This document shows, piece after piece, positions 13,763 to 20,095 of a stretch of 23,005 nt of DNA. Location: the IMG/VR virus record IMGVR_UViG_3300047667_001391. One strand, 5' to 3'. Origin of the DNA: a virus (Duplodnaviria; Heunggongvirae; Uroviricota; Caudoviricetes). The notes below the pieces were generated by a model. It was given only the letters and a program-made list of their open reading frames with translations. It ran no database searches and had not been told where the DNA came from. The translations under genes and the position numbers were made by a program. Every line of letters begins with the position of its first letter. Positions within the stretch are counted from its first letter, which is position 1.

Positions 13763-16759
13763 TTAGTTTTGTGTTGCTACTATTGTGTTAGATTTGATTG
13801 AGATACCTGCATCGATATCGACGTAATCATCTGGATCTTGCCCTGTAACAATAGTGCCTACATACATCGTAGTTGCAGTAGCTACAAAAGTACTATCTAC
13901 TGAATGAGACCCAGAAGACGAGGTATTAATAGCAAGCTCTACGCCTAATTGCGAAGAAGGAGCTACCCTTAGCCTGACTTCGGCAGCTGGATTGTTACTA
14001 GCTGCGCTCATTAATATCGAATACTCACTACCAATTATCATATTTTGAAGTGCGGATACTGAGCCAAATGTGTCTGTGTTTTTTGCGGTAGCTCTGAGTT
14101 TATTATTCACAGCACTAATAATTGTAGGTTCTGTGGGGGTTCTAGCTGGTGACCAGTCTACAGCACTATCAAATGTGTTATTCGTAATTTCTTCACTGCC
14201 AACATAGACGCCATCGATTAATGTGTTTGTATCACGGTCTTCTAGGGCTATGTTTTCGTATGTTATGTAGTTGGTTACTTCACGTAGCGATATACTTGCC
14301 ACTGTATTTTCCGACGAACTCACAACCCGAATTGCATTGTATGCGATTGAGCTGTTTGTCTTAAGCACCCCTTTGTAAGTACCAGCAAACATTGATGGAC
14401 TTATATTATTACCATCAGATGTTGCGCCTCCTAACTGCAATTGAACCGCCCCTGAGCCACTAACAACAATTGCGTATTCATATGTTGTAGACGGTGTAAG
14501 AGGGCTACCTGTAGTGATTCTCAGCTCAGAACTTCCACCAGTGTGTGTATAACTTCCATCGCCATTGTCTGACCAACCTGTTTGGATTGTCGTAGGAGGA
14601 TTAGCCCACAATTCACTACCGAACACGTTACCAACAGGTAGTTCATACTCTTTAGTCAACTCATTGAGCTTGAATTCTAAAGTGTTAGCCGGAGTAGTTA
14701 GGTCTATTAGATTGGGTCTTGATAGCATGCCGTTGAATTTCCTACCGTGACCACCTCCAATTTCACCACTAAACGTTAGCGCGTCGTTTATTGTTGTGGT
14801 TGTGCCTAGTGGCGTACCGTTTAATCTAGCAGTAATCACACCACCAACTCGCTTAATACTAACTAAGTTGAGTTTTCCGTCTAGTATTCCCGCTTGTCCG
14901 CCGAAAATCTTACGGAAGAAACTACCTGCTCCATCGCTAACTAGAAATTGAAGTCCATCTGGGTTATCAATATATACTAAGACACTATTGGCGGGGGCGA
15001 ATGCTATATCTTCGTCATTTAATGCCATATCACTTGTTAAATGTGTTGAGGATACATAGCAGCTGAACTCGAAATCAGCAAGAGCAACGAAAGGCTTACC
15101 TAATAAAGCATGAGAGTTAGCAGTAGAGTCAAAGTGAAACATTACCACAGTTTCATCGAACAAGTCAGTTATTTGAGATGCTTTATGAATTAACTCTTTA
15201 AACGAAGGCTTACTTAAGGTTGTGTCCACGTATCCAGTAAACCGCTTAAATTGCTGGTTGCCGTCTACTGCCAATTCAGCATCTATGATGAATGGCCCAG
15301 CAGATTCTATTCTCGCACTATCCGTGCCTGTTGCAAAAGCCGTAAGCCCAGTCCCCGTACCACTCAAAGCTTCAACAACACCTTCAAGTCTAGAAAACCT
15401 AGGTTGGTTGCCTCCATACAAAAGCTGCAAAGACGAGAAACTTCCGTCACCTACCATCGACCACTTATTATCTGCAAAGCTCCATATGTCGTCGGGTGAG
15501 TTCTGTGGATTCTCCCATAAATCTTGAGTAAACAAATCGCTACCAATATGCAAGCCAGTAGCTGAGGTGTAAGTATCACGGTCTTCTACGTCTATGTTTT
15601 GGTAGGTTAAGATGTTAGTTACTGATTTAACTGAAATATCATCCCAGTTAATTGTCCCTGCAACACTACACCGTAAATACACGTAACTTGTTGTGCTAAT
15701 AGCTACAAATGATACGAAATGCTCAGATGGTACTGATGTCTCAAATGAGTCGGCTATGCCTGCATCTGCGTATGCTCCGTCACCTACTCTAATTAAATGA
15801 GCAGTAGATGCAATTGTAGATTTACCAGTTATAAGATACCTTTTACCTATTTCTGTTGTAAATACTTGATGTGAACCCCTGCCTGACCCAGCTGAAATAA
15901 TTTCTATTGTTCCATTATCCCAAGATGCAGTTGAAGATCCCTCATCCCAGTTATTAATATTTGTAAAAAAGTTACCGTTAATGGCTAGTTCACTACCGAA
16001 CACGTTACCAACAGGTAGTTCATACTCTTTAGTCAACTCATTGAGCTTGAATTCTAAAGTGTTAGCCGGAGTAGTTAGGTCTATAAAGCTAGGTCTAGAT
16101 ATCAGGCCACCCGAAACCGAGCCACTTTGTAGCCCTATCCCCTCCACATTTAATGCAGTGGTAAGTACAGTTTCAATTGAAACTTCATAACCGTTAATAA
16201 AGATTTGGCCAGTAGCTCCAATTCTCCTTACTCTGATAAAAGAAAACTTATCTACTAGAACTGATCCTGCTAAGGAATCTATACCCGCATCACTTAGAGA
16301 TGTGGGTCTCCAATTTATAGAGCCGTCTGGATTTATCGTTAGTCTCCCATCGTAGTTTGAAAGATTACCCCAAACTCTAATTTCATCACCGATAAAATAT
16401 ACATAGAAACTAATTGAGTAGTCAGCAGCGGCAACCCATGGTGTACCTAATCGGTAATGAGAACCTGCAGTACTATTTAGCTTAATAAATCTTTCTAATA
16501 TTAAAAATGAATAATCAGAACCAAGATGCAAATCAGTAAATACTACATAATCACCAATGGATTCGACGTTTATTTCTGTGTTCATTCCTATGCTGCGAGA
16601 GAAATTTTCTCCACCTATTACAGGAAATTTAAAGCTATCAACACCACCAAATTGGATTGTGGTATCAAGCTCTGTTATTAATTTAAAAAATTTACGGCGT
16701 TGACCACCAACCCCCTTTTCGAATTTTCTACCACCTGTGTATTTTACACTCTTTGACAT
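13763..16759 (-). CDS. large modular beta-sandwich protein (LamG/ConA-like and CBM-like domains), putative virion glycan-binding/decoration protein
   Basis: Two LamG-like segments (FSFIRVRRIGATGQIFING; LNLVSIKRVGGVITARLNG) each followed by the same linker and two CBM-like segments (GSELAINGNFFTNINNW...TTEIGKRYLI). RBS AAGGA. Confidence 0.72.
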   Translation of the reverse strand: MSKSVKYTGGRKFEKGVGGQRRKFFKLITELDTTIQFGGVDSFKFPVIGGENFSRSIGMNTEINVESIGDYVVFTDLHLGSDYSFLILERFIKLNSTAGSHYRLGTPWVAAADYSISFYVYFIGDEIRVWGNLSNYDGRLTINPDGSINWRPTSLSDAGIDSLAGSVLVDKFSFIRVRRIGATGQIFINGYEVSIETVLTTALNVEGIGLQSGSVSGGLISRPSFIDLTTPANTLEFKLNELTKEYELPVGNVFGSELAINGNFFTNINNWDEGSSTASWDNGTIEIISAGSGRGSHQVFTTEIGKRYLITGKSTIASTAHLIRVGDGAYADAGIADSFETSVPSEHFVSFVAISTTSYVYLRCSVAGTINWDDISVKSVTNILTYQNIDVEDRDTYTSATGLHIGSDLFTQDLWENPQNSPDDIWSFADNKWSMVGDGSFSSLQLLYGGNQPRFSRLEGVVEALSGTGTGLTAFATGTDSARIESAGPFIIDAELAVDGNQQFKRFTGYVDTTLSKPSFKELIHKASQITDLFDETVVMFHFDSTANSHALLGKPFVALADFEFSCYVSSTHLTSDMALNDEDIAFAPANSVLVYIDNPDGLQFLVSDGAGSFFRKIFGGQAGILDGKLNLVSIKRVGGVITARLNGTPLGTTTTINDALTFSGEIGGGHGRKFNGMLSRPNLIDLTTPANTLEFKLNELTKEYELPVGNVFGSELWANPPTTIQTGWSDNGDGSYTHTGGSSELRITTGSPLTPSTTYEYAIVVSGSGAVQLQLGGATSDGNNISPSMFAGTYKGVLKTNSSIAYNAIRVVSSSENTVASISLREVTNYITYENIALEDRDTNTLIDGVYVGSEEITNNTFDSAVDWSPARTPTEPTIISAVNNKLRATAKNTDTFGSVSALQNMIIGSEYSILMSAASNNPAAEVRLRVAPSSQLGVELAINTSSSGSHSVDSTFVATATTMYVGTIVTGQDPDDYVDIDAGISIKSNTIVATQN
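14612..14707. repeat. perfect 96-bp direct repeat, copy A
   Basis: Identical to 15989-16084. Encodes IDLTTPANTLEFKLNELTKEYELPVGNVFGSE. Confidence 0.97.
15989..16084. repeat. perfect 96-bp direct repeat, copy B
   Basis: Identical to 14612-14707. Offset 1377 bp = 459 codons. Confidence 0.97.
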
Positions 16760-16773
16760 TATGATTCCTTTTT

Positions 16774-16878
16774 TTACCCAACACGCCTTACGTGGGGAAT
16801 ATTTTGAAATACGCGTATTACGTAATTGTTATTTTTTTTGGATTTTACTTTACTTTGAATACTTACTGATAATTTCAT
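16774..16878 (-). CDS. small basic ORF (34 aa), not in the supplied track
   Basis: GGGA RBS 5 nt before the ATG. MKLSVSIQSKVKSKKNNNYVIRVFQNIPHVRRVG*. Fills the gap between two late genes. Confidence 0.5.
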   Translation of the reverse strand: MKLSVSIQSKVKSKKNNNYVIRVFQNIPHVRRVG

Positions 16879-16901
16879 TAGATTCCCAAATGGTGTGTTA
16901 G

Positions 16902-17267
16902 TTATTGTATTGGAGAAAATAATACAGTGAGTGATCCATAGAGAATGGTTGTTTTATATCCTACCGTATTATTTGAGTCTGACAGATCAGTCACATGCTC
17001 AAAACGTATCTGATATGTATATTCACCCACCTCTAAGTTCTGTGTTACACTTGAGTCTACTATCGCGTGGATTTTGTTTGTGTCATTCTCTGAGTTTATG
17101 AAGGTAAATGATTCAGCGAATGTATCATCTACATCCAATACAAATTGCCCTTCTATGGTAATATCTGCAGGGCTAATTAGGGCTGAGTTTAGTGATATAT
17201 CGAAGGCAACATCTAATGTGTCGCCTTTTATTACCGATAAAGGTATAAATAATCCTTTTGTTGACAT
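16902..17267 (-). CDS. Ig-like / BppU N-terminal-like virion protein
   Basis: Pattern IKGDT...GEYTYQI...ILYGSLTV typical of BppU-like Ig folds. Strong RBS GGAGG. Confidence 0.65.
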   Translation of the reverse strand: MSTKGLFIPLSVIKGDTLDVAFDISLNSALISPADITIEGQFVLDVDDTFAESFTFINSENDTNKIHAIVDSSVTQNLEVGEYTYQIRFEHVTDLSDSNNTVGYKTTILYGSLTVLFSPIQ

Positions 17268-17318
17268 GGATGTCCTCCAAATAATTTATAACCACATCCA
17301 TGTGGTTAATATTTATTT

Positions 17319-17458
17319 TTATAATATATGTAATAATATAGAAGCAGTTTCTGTTCTAGCTTCTGATGTGTTAATTAAACAAGTCACTGTATATTTGGCA
17401 TTTTTTTTAAAAAATCTCCTTTTGTGGATATATATATAGTGATTAATTTAGTAGACAT
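17319..17458 (-). pseudogene. 5'-truncated, frameshifted remnant of a small Ig-like virion protein gene
   Basis: MSTKLITIYISTKGDF in one frame joins NAKYTVTCLINTSEARTETASILLHIL* in the -1 frame across a T6A8 run. Together they resemble the phage motif TIWLSGG..G..YxVTCxIxT..GRT. Confidence 0.45.
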
Positions 17459-17480
17459 AAACCCACTAATTAATTCTGAT

Positions 17481-17948
17481 TTACATCTCTTTACTAATAA
17501 GGTAATGTGCGGTATCATATGTAATATTTAGATTATAGGCAATTGATAGCACATTAGCGTACTTGGCTATATACGCAATTTTTTGAGAGGAATTAGATTT
17601 ATTTTCCTCGCACAAAAACTTAATTTGTTTAGCGAATGCTTTGACTTCTTTGTACTGCCTGTATGCAGTGTTGTGTGTGTAAACAAATCCATCTACTGTA
17701 GAGCAGAGAAAAAACACACAACTATGTATAACGAAACTCGTCAATAATGATGGTAAAAATACAGCGCCCATTAAGCACACAATAAAGTAAAGTAAAAAAG
17801 TTAATTGGTACCACTGCCGTACATGCTCGTGTTCGTGTATAGCTAAATCTATATGATATTTATATTTTGGATTAATGCGGATGAACGGACCGTAACTGTC
17901 ACCATAAGGGACTTTATCGGTAAATGTTGTGTAAGATGGAAACTTCAT
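17481..17948 (-). CDS. HExxH putative zinc metallopeptidase-like membrane protein; start revised to ATG 17948
   Basis: GPFIRINPKY...HEHEHVRQW, a hydrophobic stretch of ~2 TM, then YRQYKEVKAF (candidate third ligand Glu). RBS GAGG. Confidence 0.7.
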   Translation of the reverse strand: MKFPSYTTFTDKVPYGDSYGPFIRINPKYKYHIDLAIHEHEHVRQWYQLTFLLYFIVCLMGAVFLPSLLTSFVIHSCVFFLCSTVDGFVYTHNTAYRQYKEVKAFAKQIKFLCEENKSNSSQKIAYIAKYANVLSIAYNLNITYDTAHYLISKEM

Positions 17949-18001
17949 TTTATGTACCTCTTTATATGATACAAAATGTACCAAAAATCATTTTGATTTG
18001 A

Positions 18002-18051
18002 GTGAAATTACCTGAATTGATGTAGTTTCATTCATTCAGGTAATTAGTCAC
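18002..18051. other. long intergenic inverted repeat
   Basis: AATTACCTGAAT (18006-18017) / ATTCAGGTAATT (18034-18045) perfect 12-bp arms, extendable with bulges (GTGA/TCAC). Confidence 0.75.
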
Positions 18052-18098
18052 TAATGTATTAGAATTTAAAGCGTAACACACCAAATAAATTTTATTTT

Positions 18099-18734
18099 TT
18101 AAACGCCCCAGACTGCCGACATATGAATTTGCGCTAGTTTTCTTGCCAGTTTTAAATCTGCAAGCGTTACATTAGTCATAAAGCCCGATGGGGTACCATA
18201 TAAAGACCACTGAACCGTATCTGTATCTAAAGCACCATCCTCCCACAATACTGCAATGGCTTCGCTCATTTGGGTTTTACTCCAAGTATCAGCGTGAAAT
18301 AAGTGGCCGTTGGCATTAACCACTTTATTTTGTATCGAGGTTTCACGAGTTGCTTTAAATTCTGCAAGTGCAGCTGCGTCTTCTTCCTCTGCAAGATAGT
18401 CGGACATAATCAACCAAGTAACCAATTCAGGGTCAAGTTCATCCCAAGGCGAATATTCTTCATCAACAAATTTAGTTTGAGTTTCAAATACGTCTTGAGT
18501 TTCGAAAATAGGGATAGTTTCAAACAATTCAACATCTTCTTCATCAAAACCAATTGATACTTGTTCAGTTCCAATCTGTACTTGTTCAGTTCCAATTTTA
18601 ACTTCTTCGGTTCCGTCTTGTACCTGTCTAGTTTTAGTTTCAAATCTGCGGATTATCCCGCTTGTGCGTGAACCGTCTTCGTGAGTTTCGGAGGTTTGAA
18701 TAAAATCAGGTTCTATTTGTAGATATGTTTTCAT
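18099..18734 (-). CDS. DUF4376-like tail-fibre-associated protein (possible assembly chaperone)
   Basis: C-terminal FKATRE...NGHLFHAD..SKTQM..AI...VQW...VTLADL..A..LA...W pattern. Directly downstream of the tail fibre with a 1-nt overlap. Confidence 0.72.
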   Translation of the reverse strand: MKTYLQIEPDFIQTSETHEDGSRTSGIIRRFETKTRQVQDGTEEVKIGTEQVQIGTEQVSIGFDEEDVELFETIPIFETQDVFETQTKFVDEEYSPWDELDPELVTWLIMSDYLAEEEDAAALAEFKATRETSIQNKVVNANGHLFHADTWSKTQMSEAIAVLWEDGALDTDTVQWSLYGTPSGFMTNVTLADLKLARKLAQIHMSAVWGV

Positions 18735-20092
18735 TAGTAATTCACCTTAATTGACGCACCCGTCGAGCTTGAAAGGAAGTTATAAGCGACATTCGTTGTA
18801 ACAGTTAATCCAGTAACTCGTAACACAAGAACGTTAGCAGAAGTCTTAGCGTCTAAAGTTACATCAGCGGGTAGGACTGAACCCTCAATGACACCCCCAT
18901 CCATAGTTCTAATCTGGAAATTTCCCGAACCTAGTGTAATATCTGATGGTGCCCCCCCAAGGCTGATTATTGGAATATAAACTAATACACTCGTAGAGTT
19001 TATAGCATATCCAGTACCTAAAACTGTTCCGGCATCCCCTTCCCAAGTGTCAAAATTGGTGTTGCCCGTATTAAAGATTTCATGCCACACAGACCAACTG
19101 CCAGTGTTTTTAGTTCTAAACTTTTTTTGTGAGCCATCACCGGACAAACTCGTGACGAATTGAGCCACATAATTGGTGCCCGTATTAAGACCGCCACCAG
19201 TTGCAGTTAGGTGAAATGCACCGCCCGAGGCTGGAAACGGGTTTTCCCCTATTGAGGCATTACCATGAGAACCACCATAACCTACAAAATTACCAGACTT
19301 GTAATGAGTGTCTAAATCATAAGCTGGTGGTAATAAAACACTTTTATCCCCGAATCCATAGTCAAGCGGATTTATTGAGTTACCTGAGTGAAAAAGTTCT
19401 TCATCAACCCAAGTTAAGCCAGCGTCAAGACTTGCTGATACGTAAGCTGTTACGCTGCCGTTCTCTGGACTAAGATATATTCTGGTGTGGCTATCTGAAT
19501 TAGTATTTCTTTCCATATTAATAAACGAACTGTATTCTGCATTATGTGGAAAATTAACACCACTACCACTACCACCTGAAAAAATTCCGTTGCTCAATGT
19601 TGTATTGGCATCATTTACAGTTGGACCTGCAGCGCCGATACCAAAACCCGCCAACGCACTATCAACCGTTGCATCTAATTCTGATTTAACTACTACTTCG
19701 TCTGCTTGACTTGATGCAGTTGCTTTAATTCTACCAGCTGCTGTACGTTTTACTAAACTGTCGGCGGCATTGGATACAGCGACACTGTCGGCCAACCCCT
19801 CATATGTTACTCTAAGGGTTCTAATTTCCGCCGCTGCTTCTTTAATTTCCGCTTTTGTTGGAGCTGAGATAGCGCCTTGCCCTGATGCTGTAGCGCCATT
19901 CCAGTTGTAGTATAATTCGATAGTCTGGGGTGACGCTGAAGTATTAACCGTTTTCACTTCAACAAATTGGTTTGTGCCAATCTGTAAAAATGAATTAGGA
20001 GAAATCAGCGACACATCATCCCCCGTAACCACTTGGACAAAGGCATTGCCTGAAGTGGTTGTTACTGCTGTTGCTTTCCAAAATTGTGACAT
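18734..20092 (-). CDS. tail fibre protein
   Basis: N-terminal attachment-type segment (WKATAVTTTSG...VEVKTV...WNGATASG), SLVKRTAAGRIKA linker, and two knob-like repeats (DLDTHYKSGNF...KFRTKNTGSWSVWHEIFNTGN). Confidence 0.85.
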   Translation of the reverse strand: MSQFWKATAVTTTSGNAFVQVVTGDDVSLISPNSFLQIGTNQFVEVKTVNTSASPQTIELYYNWNGATASGQGAISAPTKAEIKEAAAEIRTLRVTYEGLADSVAVSNAADSLVKRTAAGRIKATASSQADEVVVKSELDATVDSALAGFGIGAAGPTVNDANTTLSNGIFSGGSGSGVNFPHNAEYSSFINMERNTNSDSHTRIYLSPENGSVTAYVSASLDAGLTWVDEELFHSGNSINPLDYGFGDKSVLLPPAYDLDTHYKSGNFVGYGGSHGNASIGENPFPASGGAFHLTATGGGLNTGTNYVAQFVTSLSGDGSQKKFRTKNTGSWSVWHEIFNTGNTNFDTWEGDAGTVLGTGYAINSTSVLVYIPIISLGGAPSDITLGSGNFQIRTMDGGVIEGSVLPADVTLDAKTSANVLVLRVTGLTVTTNVAYNFLSSSTGASIKVNY

Positions 20093-20095
20093 GTC

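Noticed and set aside
12772-16084. Diversity-generating retroelement (TR/VR pair) behind the paralogues or the 96-bp repeats
   Set aside because: The 96-bp copies are identical, paralogue differences are not adenine-specific, and no reverse transcriptase is in the window.
3806-17984. Longest-ORF starts at 3806, 4236, 11279, 12115 and 17984
   Set aside because: Downstream ATGs (3848, 4248, 11219, 12103, 17948) have proper RBS spacing or ATGA coupling. For 11219 the revised start also exposes the lipoprotein signal peptide.
18410-18643. Overlapping - strand 77-aa ORF with ELNKY repeats
   Set aside because: It is an alternative frame of the GTEQV DNA repeat inside the DUF4376-like gene, with no independent RBS.
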